Translations under genes and position numbers: made by a program
The notes under the pieces: model-generated
What the model was told of the DNA's origin: nothing
Database searches by the model: none
What the model saw: the letters and a program-made list of their open reading frames with translations, nothing else
UHGV virus genome: UHGV-1363021
Length of the DNA: 40,445 bases
Direction: 5' to 3' (one strand)
From: a virus
Shown here: piece by piece, positions 9,593-18,989 of the stretch
Layout: every line of letters starts with the position of its first letter
How positions within the stretch are numbered: position 1 is the stretch's first letter

Positions 9593-10139
9593 TAACGTTG
9601 ACACTGGACAGCAAGACATGGTTGTTGAAGGGTATGCAATTATCTTTAATTCGATGAGTGATGACTTGGGTGGGTTCAGAGAAATTGTAGCGCCTAACGC
9701 CTTAGATGGTGTAGATGTAAGTGATGTCAAATGTTTAATCAATCATGATTTCAGTTACATTATAGGACGTACACAGGCGGGAACACTTGAGTTGAATGTA
9801 GATGAAAAAGGTTTGTACTTTAAGTGTCGCTTGCCTAATACATCTTATGCCAAAGATATTTATGAGAATATCAAAGCGGGGAACGTTAACCAGTGCAGTT
9901 TCTTTTACACATTACCACCTAACGACGCAACAGCTCGAACATGGCAAAACATTGATAATGAATACGTTCAAACCATAAACAAAATCGATGAGCTTATTGA
10001 GGTTAGTATTGTCACAGTGCCAGCCTATAAAGATACATCGGTTGAAGTCGGTCAACGTGCAAGAGATTTGAAGAAATTTAAACAGTTGGAACAAATGAAA
10101 ATAGCATTGGATTTAGAAAGCCTACGTTTTGAAACGTAA
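9582..10139 (+). CDS. prohead protease (HK97 family, S78)
   Basis: MVVEGYAIIFNSMSDDLGGFREI... typical HK97 prohead protease N-terminus; GGAGGTGA RBS; ORF extends to 9537 with alternative start. Confidence 0.85.
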   Translation: MANSNVDTGQQDMVVEGYAIIFNSMSDDLGGFREIVAPNALDGVDVSDVKCLINHDFSYIIGRTQAGTLELNVDEKGLYFKCRLPNTSYAKDIYENIKAGNVNQCSFFYTLPPNDATARTWQNIDNEYVQTINKIDELIEVSIVTVPAYKDTSVEVGQRARDLKKFKQLEQMKIALDLESLRFET

Positions 10140-10179
10140 GGCTATTTTTTATACCCAAATTTAATAAGGAGGCTTATAC

Positions 10180-11535
10180 ATGGCTAATTTAGATGAGCGC
10201 AAAAAAGAAATCGCTAATCTGATTTCTAAAGCACAAGAAGCAGTCGAAAAAGGCGACCTCGAAACTGCTCGTAATTTAAAAGCTGATATTGATGCTCAAA
10301 AGAAAGAGTACGAAGAACTCGAACAGCTTTCAAAAGAAATTGAAGCGTCAGCACCTAAACAAGATGAACCACCTAAAGATGAAGGTGCAGAAGTTGAAGA
10401 TAACAAAGATGGTAATTCTGGAGAAGAATCAGAGAACAAACCTTCTGATGATGAACCAGAAGGAACTTCAGATGAAGAAAAACCTGATGATAAACCAAAA
10501 CCAGATGACCAACCTGAATCTGAAGCAAAACCGAAACCAGAGGCACCTACAATTGAGAAGGTGGAAGAGCCAACAGAAGAAGAATTAAAAAAAGAAAAAG
10601 ACAAAAAAGAAGGAGCGAAACGTTCTATGGCGAAATTAAACCAAAATCCAGAGACAAACGAAGAAATTCTAGCATTTGAACAGTACATGAAATCAAAAGG
10701 GGCTAAACGTGACAATGTTAAATCTGATGACGTTGGCGTAACAATCCCAGAGGATATTAAATATATTCCTGAAAAAGAAGTTAAGACAGTCCAAGACTTA
10801 TCAGAATTGGTACAAAAAACTTCAGTATCAACTGCAAGTGGGAAATACCCGATCTTAAAACGTGCTAACGCTAAATTCAACACTGTGGCTGAATTAGAGA
10901 AAAACCCAGAGTTAGCTCGTCCGGAATTCGAAACAATCACTTGGGAAGTAGACACTTATCGTGGATCTATTCCGATTTCACAAGAAGCATTAGATGATTC
11001 AGTTGCTAACTTAACTGCTATTGTTTCTGAAAATATTAACGAACAAAAAATCAACACTTTAAACGAACGTATTGGTGAAGTTTTAAAAGCATTCAATCCT
11101 ACTAGTGTATCTAATGTTGACGACTTAAAAGAAATTATTAACGTTAAATTAGATCCAGGTTATGATCGTCAAATCATCTGTACACAAAGTTTCTATCAAA
11201 AACTAGATACATTAAAAGATGGTAATGGTCGTTATTTACTACAAGACAGTATCATTAACACTGCAGGTAACACCGTGTTAGGTATGAATGTAACAGTTGT
11301 GCGTGATGACTTGTTAGGTAAAAATGGAGATGCACTAGCATTTATTGGTGATGTAAAACGTGGTGTGTTATTCGCAGACCGTACTGACGTATCAGTGCAA
11401 TGGATTGAAAACGAAATCTACGGTAAATACCTAATGGGTGCTTTCCGTTTTGATGTAAAACAAGCTGATAAAAATGCTGGTTTCTTTGTAACATTTGAAG
11501 ATGCAACAGAACCTAGTGGAGATTTAGGAGCATAA
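10180..11535 (+). CDS. major capsid protein (HK97 fold) with N-terminal delta/scaffold domain carrying a long acidic low-complexity insert
   Basis: AAGGAGG RBS; coiled-coil N-terminus then D/E/P/K-rich ~100 aa segment, then HK97-like capsid body. Confidence 0.85.
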   Translation: MANLDERKKEIANLISKAQEAVEKGDLETARNLKADIDAQKKEYEELEQLSKEIEASAPKQDEPPKDEGAEVEDNKDGNSGEESENKPSDDEPEGTSDEEKPDDKPKPDDQPESEAKPKPEAPTIEKVEEPTEEELKKEKDKKEGAKRSMAKLNQNPETNEEILAFEQYMKSKGAKRDNVKSDDVGVTIPEDIKYIPEKEVKTVQDLSELVQKTSVSTASGKYPILKRANAKFNTVAELEKNPELARPEFETITWEVDTYRGSIPISQEALDDSVANLTAIVSENINEQKINTLNERIGEVLKAFNPTSVSNVDDLKEIINVKLDPGYDRQIICTQSFYQKLDTLKDGNGRYLLQDSIINTAGNTVLGMNVTVVRDDLLGKNGDALAFIGDVKRGVLFADRTDVSVQWIENEIYGKYLMGAFRFDVKQADKNAGFFVTFEDATEPSGDLGA

Positions 11536-11553
11536 GTAAAGTAGGTGATTTCA

Positions 11554-11895
11554 ATGTTCGAAATAGATAACGTTGAATCTATTAAACAAGCGATACGCGT
11601 CGACCATGATTTTGACGATGATTTAATTATGGAAGTTTATTTACCTGGAGCAATCAGTGAGGTTAAGGCTGCCGTTTCTTTAGATGAAGAAGATGATAAA
11701 TTCTACAACGATAATCCTATATTCAATTTAGCGGTCTTAAATATTATTGCTCACCACTACGATAATCGTTCAATCACATCTAATGAACAATCATTTGATG
11801 TGCCTGCATCATCAATGAAACTTGTACAAACACTAAGAAGCAATCTAGTTAAGTGGCGAAAAGATAACATCGAGGTGATAGCCGATGAATCTTAA
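11554..11895 (+). CDS. head-tail connector / DNA packaging protein (gp6-like)
   Basis: Position and size; AGGTGA RBS 5 nt upstream. Confidence 0.55.
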   Translation: MFEIDNVESIKQAIRVDHDFDDDLIMEVYLPGAISEVKAAVSLDEEDDKFYNDNPIFNLAVLNIIAHHYDNRSITSNEQSFDVPASSMKLVQTLRSNLVKWRKDNIEVIADES

Positions 11896-12214
11896 CCAAT
11901 TAGATTACAGAGTTACTTTTTATGAAGTTGTGAATGATGGACCAGAGGCAGGTATGAATGAACAGAAAGAAATATACAGTTGTTTTGCTGGAATGTATGA
12001 GCCAACACAAAAAGATGTACAGTTAGGTAATTTAGAACTTAGTAAAAGATCAGTTACATTAAATATTAGAGACGCACAACCTCAATTTCTACCAAATCCA
12101 AAACACGTATTTGAGATAAAAAATGGTATGTATGCGGGGTTGTTTTTTAATATCAAAAATGTAGCACCTTCTAAGACGCCTAATTACATTAAAGTGGTGG
12201 GTGAAGAAGAATGA
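11885..12214 (+). CDS. head closure protein
   Basis: Position and size; GAGGTGA RBS. Confidence 0.5.
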   Translation: MNLNQLDYRVTFYEVVNDGPEAGMNEQKEIYSCFAGMYEPTQKDVQLGNLELSKRSVTLNIRDAQPQFLPNPKHVFEIKNGMYAGLFFNIKNVAPSKTPNYIKVVGEEE

Positions 12215-12615
12215 CTATAACAATGAAAGGCGATAAAGAAATAATTGCCTATTTAGAAAAGAATTACGGTAAATCTGCTACTAAACGCATAACTGACTTT
12301 GCACTAACTAAAGGTGGGCAGAAGGTTGTTCAGATAATCAAAAACAACATGAAGTCATTTAAAGATACTGGTGAATCTGTCGAAGAAACGACAGTATCTA
12401 AGCCTATGACGATAAACGGTGTACGCACAGTTAAAATTCATTGGCGAGGTCCTAAACAACGTTATCGTATTATCCACCTAAATGAATATGGTCACTTTGA
12501 TCGTTCTGGAAAGTGGGTTAATACAGCTGGTAAAGGTGTTATTGAAAACGCTATGCGTGAAGGCAGAGAAACGTATTTCAGAACAGTAAAAGAAGAAATG
12601 AGAAAGAGGGTGTAA
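12211..12615 (+). CDS. HK97 gp10-like head-tail joining protein
   Basis: Position and size; ATGA overlap. Confidence 0.5.
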   Translation: MTITMKGDKEIIAYLEKNYGKSATKRITDFALTKGGQKVVQIIKNNMKSFKDTGESVEETTVSKPMTINGVRTVKIHWRGPKQRYRIIHLNEYGHFDRSGKWVNTAGKGVIENAMREGRETYFRTVKEEMRKRV

Positions 12616-12619
12616 TTTA

Positions 12620-13024
12620 TTGGATGACATCACAATGAAAATATACGAAGCGATTATAGATAACAAAGAAATTATGAATCATGTTCAAAAGAACAATATT
12701 AAATTCTTTGATTATCCAAACGCACAAGAAATTAAAGATGTAGTGATTGTCATAGATCCATTAGATACACCTACACCTACTGATTTTGGTGATAATGATA
12801 ATCTCACTTACGAATATTTTTATCAAATAGATGTATTTGTAAAACAAAAACAAGGAGTAAACGGACGAGTCTTATCAGATAGACTCGTTTTTTTAATACA
12901 ACGAATGATGTGGGAAGTATTAGGTTTTGGAGAGACATCATCAATAAAACCCGAATATATCAAAGAATTTAGTATCTACCGACAAGCTAAAAGGTTTGAA
13001 GGTAAACAATATTTTAAAATTTAG
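12620..13024 (+). CDS. tail completion protein
   Basis: Position and size; TTG start with GAGGGTG SD at 7 nt. Confidence 0.45.
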   Translation: MDDITMKIYEAIIDNKEIMNHVQKNNIKFFDYPNAQEIKDVVIVIDPLDTPTPTDFGDNDNLTYEYFYQIDVFVKQKQGVNGRVLSDRLVFLIQRMMWEVLGFGETSSIKPEYIKEFSIYRQAKRFEGKQYFKI

Positions 13025-13036
13025 GAGTATTTTAAT

Positions 13037-13666
13037 ATGGCAGAGAAAAACTATCGTTCATTTACAGGGTTAACAGAATTTTATTATAAAGTGCATGGTG
13101 AAGGTGGCGTTCAAAAAGTTGCTGATCCAGAACGCATTAAATATTTACAAGAAATTTCAGTATCCAAAGATCAAGACATCGAAAAAGCATATGGTGATAA
13201 CCAAGTTGCAGAAATGGCAGTTGCTAACGGAACAATCGAAGTAGAAGCTGGTTTCCACAAGTTACCATTAGAGGACAGAGTTGCATTGTTCGGATTAGAA
13301 AAATCAGAGGACGGCATCGTGTCAGTTGGTAACGATACACCACCATATGTAGCTGTTATGTTTGCGAAAACTATGGAAGATGGTTCACGTGAATATGTTG
13401 GATTACCTAAAGGATTATTCACATTCCCTGAATTAGAAGGTAATACCAAAGAAGATGGCGTAGAATTCAGTTCTGACTCTACTACTGCTGAATTCATGCA
13501 AGCTAAAGTTAAAGGCTTCGAAGAAGAAAAAGCAATGTTATTAGGTCACGATGCTAAAGGTACATCCGTTATGAAAGATGCTATCTGGGAAGCCATCTTT
13601 GGTGATTCTGCACCAAGCAGTAACTCAGAAGAAACTAGCGATGCAGAATCAGAATTAGGAGCATAA
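13037..13666 (+). CDS. major tail protein
   Basis: Position immediately before the G/GT chaperone genes; GGAG RBS; followed by a strong terminator at 13878-13903 after a small ORF. Confidence 0.7.
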   Translation: MAEKNYRSFTGLTEFYYKVHGEGGVQKVADPERIKYLQEISVSKDQDIEKAYGDNQVAEMAVANGTIEVEAGFHKLPLEDRVALFGLEKSEDGIVSVGNDTPPYVAVMFAKTMEDGSREYVGLPKGLFTFPELEGNTKEDGVEFSSDSTTAEFMQAKVKGFEEEKAMLLGHDAKGTSVMKDAIWEAIFGDSAPSSNSEETSDAESELGA

Positions 13667-13678
13667 CTTACAGGAGGT

Positions 13679-13870
13679 TTGATTATGGCTAAGAAAAAGT
13701 ATGAAGTCTTGCACAAATTCATCGATTTAGAGGATAAGAACAAAGTATATAACGCTGGCGATACTTATCCTAAACCAGCAAATAAAAAAGTGCCACACGA
13801 CCGCATTTTAGACCTTTCTACAAGCGATAACAAACGTGGCAAGGCATTAATCAAAGAAATAGAAGAATAA
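13679..13870 (+). CDS. hypothetical small protein
   Basis: AGGAGG RBS; 63 aa. Confidence 0.4.
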   Translation: MIMAKKKYEVLHKFIDLEDKNKVYNAGDTYPKPANKKVPHDRILDLSTSDNKRGKALIKEIEE

Positions 13871-13877
13871 CCAACAC

Positions 13878-13903
13878 GAGGGCTCAAATGCCCTCTTTTT
13901 ATT
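13878..13903 (+). terminator. intrinsic terminator (GAGGGC-loop-GCCCTC plus T-run)
   Basis: Perfect 6-bp GC stem, 6-nt loop, followed by TTTTTATTT. Confidence 0.7.
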
Positions 13904-13933
13904 TACAATTCAAAAACAAAGGAGCAATTATAA

Positions 13934-14296
13934 ATGGCTAAACGTAATTTTATTAAATTAATTCAAATTGATAAAAAGGGTAACGCAGTAACAGATTCAG
14001 AAGGTAACGCAAAATTCGACACTTATATTACACCTACACAAATTCCATTCCGTAAAATCTATGATGCATCTGATTTAATGGATGGTGAATCAGATGAAAG
14101 TACTTCTGTGAAAGAAAACATCGATCAAATGTTAGATATGGTAGTTGATATTTACAACAATCAATTTACAAAAGATGATTTACTAGACAGATTACATGCA
14201 CCAGATGCAGTAGAAGAGTTACAACAACAAATTCAATTTATTGCACAAGGTCAAATGGATGAAGAAAGAAAAAAGCAACTAGCCAAAATGATTTAA
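13934..14296 (+). CDS. tail assembly chaperone G
   Basis: Position between major tail protein and tape measure; AAAGGAG RBS; slippery heptamer A AAA AAG near 3' end. Confidence 0.65.
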   Translation: MAKRNFIKLIQIDKKGNAVTDSEGNAKFDTYITPTQIPFRKIYDASDLMDGESDESTSVKENIDQMLDMVVDIYNNQFTKDDLLDRLHAPDAVEELQQQIQFIAQGQMDEERKKQLAKMI

Positions 14297-14481
14297 AACC
14301 TATCACTTATAAAGAACATAAGGAAAATATGAAGAAGTTAATGTTGGAAATGATGAAAGAAGGCGGTAAGGATATCAACGATATATTAGATATGCCTTTT
14401 GCCTTTTTCATGGAGTTAGTTGATGAAAGTAATAAGAAAAACGTCAAGAAAACTCACAGTATGATCGACGCGTTCATGTAA
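13934..14481 (+). CDS. tail assembly chaperone G-T fusion via -1 programmed frameshift at 14269-14275
   Basis: A_AAA_AAG heptamer at 14269-14275 in the G frame; the -1 frame is open from there to TAA at 14479-14481 (about 68 extra codons), ending just before the tape measure RBS. Confidence 0.6.
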
Positions 14482-14509
14482 TACATCTTATAAGCAAGGA
14501 GGTGGAGTG

Positions 14510-17500
14510 ATGGCAGAAAGAATTAAAGGATTGCAGATTGATCTGTCAATGCGAGATGTAAATATAAATAAGACACTAGCTGGAGTAAAAAGGGAATTTA
14601 GAGCATTAAACTCAGACCTCAAACTATCAAGTAATAACTTTAAGTATGGAGAAAAAAGTGCTGCTTCTTACAAATCTCGAATGAATGATTTAGATGGTGC
14701 CATTAAACAAGGCACAGCTAATTTAGATTCACTCAAAAATCAATACGAAGAAGTTGCACGAACACAAGGTGCTAATAGTGCTAAAGCTGTCAGATTACGT
14801 ACTGAGTACAATAATCAAGCCATAGCAGTTAATAAAATGAGAGATGAATATGGTAGATTAAACAGTTACTATAAGGAAAATTTTTCTATTGCAGGTCGAT
14901 TGAGCAATTCTTTTAAAAGCGTTGGTTCAAACATGCAGAATGTAGGTCAACAAGCACAAAATTTAGGTAGTTCTCTTACAAGTAAAATTACTAAGCCAGC
15001 GTTAGTAGCTGGCACTGCAATGGCAGGTATAACTGCTAAGCTAGGTTTTGACAGATTGGTCGGTCTTGATACTGCCAAAGCAAAACTCGAAGGTTTAGGC
15101 TATTCAACTAAAGAAGTGGGTTCGATTACTGAACAAGTAACACATGCGATTCAAGGCGGTATGACAACAATGGCCGAAGGTACCGATGTTGCAGCAGGTG
15201 CTTTAGCGGCAGGAGTAAAACAAGGTAAGGAATTAGAGAAGTATATTAAATTAGTTGGTGATGCGGCTGTCGGAAGCAATAGACCGGTATCTGAAATGGC
15301 AATGATATTTAATAGAGTTCAAGGTCAAGGAAAACTGATGACTCAAGAATTAAATATGATTGAAGAAGGTATGCCTGGATTTAGTAATGCTATGGCTAAA
15401 CATCTTGGTGTTTCCTATGACGCTTTCAGGGAGATGGTTACTAATGGAGAAGTAAGTTCTAAGGAATTTTTAGAAGTTATGGATGACTTCGCTGGTGGTA
15501 TGGCAGGAGCTTATTCTAAATCATGGAAAGGTATGGTACAAAACTCTAAAGCCTATATAGGTCAAATTGGAGAAGCTTTCTTAAGCAGTACCTTTGAACA
15601 AGCCAAAGGTGGTTTGCATGAATTTGAATCTATGTTGAAATCACCAGGAGCCAAAGAATGGGCAGCTAAAACTGGCGAACAACTTGGTAATACATTAGCT
15701 TCGATTGGCAATGGCATTAAAGGCCTAATAGATTGGTGGCAAAATTTAGACGGTTCCACTCAAAAAACGCTAGGTGGAATTGTTAAATGGTTAGGCATCA
15801 CTTTAGTTACTATGGGACCTGTTTTAACAATATTCGGTAAGTTTGTAAGAACCATTGGTGGTATGTTTAGTGGTTTATCGACACTTATAACATTCATGAT
15901 AAGACATAATGCTGCAGCCAAAATGAGTGCAGTTGGCCAAAAGGTATGGAATGGTGTTACTGCTACTGCTCGTGGTATCGCAAATGGCTATAGATTAGCA
16001 ATAGCAGCTTTAAGTACATCTCAAACTATACAAGCTTTGAAAACTAAAATTGCTGCTGCTGCAACAACGGCTTGGACTGCAGTTACTAAAGGTGCAGCTT
16101 TAGCAACTAAAGGCTTAGGATTAGCTATAAGATTTATGACTGGGCCTGTCGGTATAGTTATTACAGCCATCGGATTATTAGTAGCTGGACTTATTCATTT
16201 ATGGAAAACAAATAGCTCGTTTAGAAATAGTGTGATTACTGCTTGGAATGCTATTAAAAATGCAGCGGTAGCCATATTTGGATTTATCAAACCTTATATT
16301 ATTAATATTTGGAACGCAATTAAAAACTCTACAATTGCCATTTGGAACGCGATTAAAAAAAGTGCTGTAATAATATGGAACGCTATTAAATTTGCTGTTC
16401 AACATCCTATTCAAGCATTAAAAAATGTCTTATCAGCTTTATGGAATGGCATGAAAAATGCTGCTATTAAAATATGGACGTTGCTTAAAAACGGTGTTTT
16501 AGCAATTATTAAAGCATATGTTGCACAAGTAAGATTTAATATCAACCTTATTAAACGCATTGTAGTTACGATATTTAATGCTATTAAAAGCTTTTCTATT
16601 AAAGTGTGGATTGCACTAAAAAATGGCGTGTTAGGAATTGTTCGAGCTTTGCGCAAAGGTGTTCTTTCTGTGTTTAATGCATTAAAAAAAGGTGTTTCTG
16701 CAATATTTAATGCTATAAAGAATGCCACAGTTAGAATATGGACTGCTATGAAAAATACTGTCATTAATCGAGCGAAAGCATTATGGTCTGGAGTTAGAAA
16801 TACATGGAATGCACTCAAAAAAGGTACTATTGGCGTATTCAAATCAGTCGGTAGTTTTATGAGCAATAAATGGAACAGTATTAAAAATAGTACAGTGAAT
16901 AAAGCGAAAGCTCTATGGTCAGGTGTTAAAAGTGTATGGGGATCGCTCAAAAAAGGTATTCATAACACCATGACGGCTGTTGGTGGTTTCATGAGCAAAA
17001 AGTGGAATGGCATCAAAAATACTACTGTATCTATTGTAAATAGCATGAAATCGAAAGTTATGGGCACCATGAATAAAATGAGAGACGGTATCAAAACAGT
17101 TACCGGTAAAATTGGGAATCTTTTTGGCGGAATGGTTAAAGGCGTTAAAAAAGGATTAAATAAATTGATTAGTGGTGTTAACTGGGTTGCTGATAAATTA
17201 GGTATGGATAAATTACCGTCTATTAAATTAAGTACGGGGACAAACGCATCTAAAAAATATGTGAGTCATGGGAAAATTAACCGAGACACTTTTGCGACAG
17301 TAGGAGACAAAGGTAGAGGTAATGGCCCTAGTGGATTTAGGCATGAAATGATTGAGTATCCTAATGGTAAAACAACTATTACACCTAATAGAGATACAAC
17401 CACATTTTTACCTAAAGGTTCTAAAGTTTATAATGGCACACAAACTCATGCGATGCTATCCCAAATGCCTCGTTTTAGTATAGGTTCAGCAATCAAAGAA

Positions 17501-18988
17501 AAAGCTGAATATATGCTTGAAAATGGTAAAAAAGCTGTAAAAAGCACAATTGGAAAAGGCAAAGACTTAGGAGGAAATGCAGTAGACCAAGTTAAGAAAG
17601 TTGGTTCTGAGGTTGCTGTTAAAGCTAAAAAAGTTGGAAGTGCAGTTATATCAGGTATAGGAGATGTATTTGATTATATAGGACACCCTGGTAAGCTAGT
17701 TAACAAAATTTTTGACAAAGTTGGGTTTAACTTTAATTTTCTTAAGGATGCACCTTTACCTTTTGATTTAATGCAAGGAGCCTACAAGAAATTAAAGAGT
17801 GGCGTTAAATCATTATTTGACGAATGGCTTAATGATGCCGGTGGCGGCGATGGATCGTCCTTTACTAAGTTTCCAATTACTACAGGGTATTATCCTAATG
17901 GTGGCGCTCCTGGCTATAGTTTTGGTGGAGGTCATCATTACGGTATTGACTTTGGTGCCCCATACGGTACAACAATCAATGCTACGAATAGCGGACAGTT
18001 AGGTGAATTGCATAACTTTGGCGGAGGGCTTGTTGCAAGACTTTTAACAGGTCAATTCACGTTATTCTTTATGCACTTATCTAAAATACTGAAACACGGT
18101 AAGGTACAGGCAGGAGAACCTATAGCTAAAACAGGTAATAGTGGTAACTGGACTACTGGTCCTCACTTACATTTCCAAGTCGAAAAAGGTAGACATAATG
18201 ATATTACTAACCAGAATACTGTAAACCCACTCAAGTGGCTCAAAGGTCACGGCGGTGGAAAAGTTGGTGGTAGTGGTTCTGCAAACGCACGTAGAGCAAT
18301 TCAAAGAGCACAATCTATTTTAGGTGGACGTTATAAATCGTCTTATATTACCGAACAAATGATGAGAGTTGCCAAGCGTGAATCTAATTTCCAGGCGGGA
18401 GCAGTTAATAACTGGGATAGCAATGCTAGAGCGGGAATACCTTCTAAAGGTATGTTCCAAATGATTGAACCATCTTTTAGAGCGTTCGCTAAACCAGGAC
18501 ATGGGAACATTTTGAACCCTGTAGACGAAGCTATATCGGCTATGAGATACATCGTAGCAAAATATGGTTGGGGTGGTTTCAAACGTGCTGGAGATTATGC
18601 TTATGCTACAGGCGGCCTTATTAACACTGCTGGATTATATAATTTGGCAGAAGATGGATACCCTGAGATAGTGATACCTACAGATCCAAGCAGACAATCA
18701 GATGCGATGAAATTGTTACATCTTGCTGCGAGTAAAATTAGTGGAAATAACAGAAATAAACGACCTAACCAATTACGTACCCCTAGTGTTACTAGTAATA
18801 CAGTTGATAACGCAGAATTACTACTACAAATGATAGAAAATCAACAGAAACAAATAAACGTGTTAATGGAAATAGCACGAAGTAATAAAACTATTGAAAA
18901 ACAACCGAAAGGTTTTTCAGAACGCGATGTAAGTCAGGCACAAGGTTCAAGGTTAAGACTCGCTGCTTATAGCCAGGGAGGTTTATAA
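14510..18988 (+). CDS. tail tape measure protein with C-terminal M23 peptidase and lytic transglycosylase (SLT) domains
   Basis: 1.49-kb ORF after G/GT; central tandem ~11-aa WNAIKN repeats; M23 motifs HHYGID and GPHLHF; SLT motifs AKRES...GMFQMIEPSF. Confidence 0.9.
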   Translation: MAERIKGLQIDLSMRDVNINKTLAGVKREFRALNSDLKLSSNNFKYGEKSAASYKSRMNDLDGAIKQGTANLDSLKNQYEEVARTQGANSAKAVRLRTEYNNQAIAVNKMRDEYGRLNSYYKENFSIAGRLSNSFKSVGSNMQNVGQQAQNLGSSLTSKITKPALVAGTAMAGITAKLGFDRLVGLDTAKAKLEGLGYSTKEVGSITEQVTHAIQGGMTTMAEGTDVAAGALAAGVKQGKELEKYIKLVGDAAVGSNRPVSEMAMIFNRVQGQGKLMTQELNMIEEGMPGFSNAMAKHLGVSYDAFREMVTNGEVSSKEFLEVMDDFAGGMAGAYSKSWKGMVQNSKAYIGQIGEAFLSSTFEQAKGGLHEFESMLKSPGAKEWAAKTGEQLGNTLASIGNGIKGLIDWWQNLDGSTQKTLGGIVKWLGITLVTMGPVLTIFGKFVRTIGGMFSGLSTLITFMIRHNAAAKMSAVGQKVWNGVTATARGIANGYRLAIAALSTSQTIQALKTKIAAAATTAWTAVTKGAALATKGLGLAIRFMTGPVGIVITAIGLLVAGLIHLWKTNSSFRNSVITAWNAIKNAAVAIFGFIKPYIINIWNAIKNSTIAIWNAIKKSAVIIWNAIKFAVQHPIQALKNVLSALWNGMKNAAIKIWTLLKNGVLAIIKAYVAQVRFNINLIKRIVVTIFNAIKSFSIKVWIALKNGVLGIVRALRKGVLSVFNALKKGVSAIFNAIKNATVRIWTAMKNTVINRAKALWSGVRNTWNALKKGTIGVFKSVGSFMSNKWNSIKNSTVNKAKALWSGVKSVWGSLKKGIHNTMTAVGGFMSKKWNGIKNTTVSIVNSMKSKVMGTMNKMRDGIKTVTGKIGNLFGGMVKGVKKGLNKLISGVNWVADKLGMDKLPSIKLSTGTNASKKYVSHGKINRDTFATVGDKGRGNGPSGFRHEMIEYPNGKTTITPNRDTTTFLPKGSKVYNGTQTHAMLSQMPRFSIGSAIKEKAEYMLENGKKAVKSTIGKGKDLGGNAVDQVKKVGSEVAVKAKKVGSAVISGIGDVFDYIGHPGKLVNKIFDKVGFNFNFLKDAPLPFDLMQGAYKKLKSGVKSLFDEWLNDAGGGDGSSFTKFPITTGYYPNGGAPGYSFGGGHHYGIDFGAPYGTTINATNSGQLGELHNFGGGLVARLLTGQFTLFFMHLSKILKHGKVQAGEPIAKTGNSGNWTTGPHLHFQVEKGRHNDITNQNTVNPLKWLKGHGGGKVGGSGSANARRAIQRAQSILGGRYKSSYITEQMMRVAKRESNFQAGAVNNWDSNARAGIPSKGMFQMIEPSFRAFAKPGHGNILNPVDEAISAMRYIVAKYGWGGFKRAGDYAYATGGLINTAGLYNLAEDGYPEIVIPTDPSRQSDAMKLLHLAASKISGNNRNKRPNQLRTPSVTSNTVDNAELLLQMIENQQKQINVLMEIARSNKTIEKQPKGFSERDVSQAQGSRLRLAAYSQGGL
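16190..17110 (+). repeat. tandem degenerate ~33-nt (11-aa) repeats within tape measure (WNAIKN/WSGVKN units)
   Basis: Recurrent WNAIKN..., WNALKK..., WSGV.. peptide periodicity visible in translation. Confidence 0.6.
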
Positions 18989-18989
18989 A

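Noticed and set aside
10100-10165. ACGTTTTGAAACGT palindrome plus T-run after the prohead protease gene as a terminator
   Set aside because: Stem only 5-6 bp with a minimal loop, and the T-run is separated by several non-T bases. At most a weak attenuator, not reported as a feature.
10289-10955. Overlapping ORFs (10289-10588 plus, 10296-10955 minus) across the capsid gene 5' region
   Set aside because: They arise from the low-complexity GAA/GAT/AAA codon repeats of the acidic capsid insert; translations are low-complexity K/N or S-rich nonsense.
16199-16950. Minus-strand ORFs (71 and 179 aa) inside the tape measure gene
   Set aside because: Antisense to the tape measure repeat region; the repeat periodicity creates open antisense frames.
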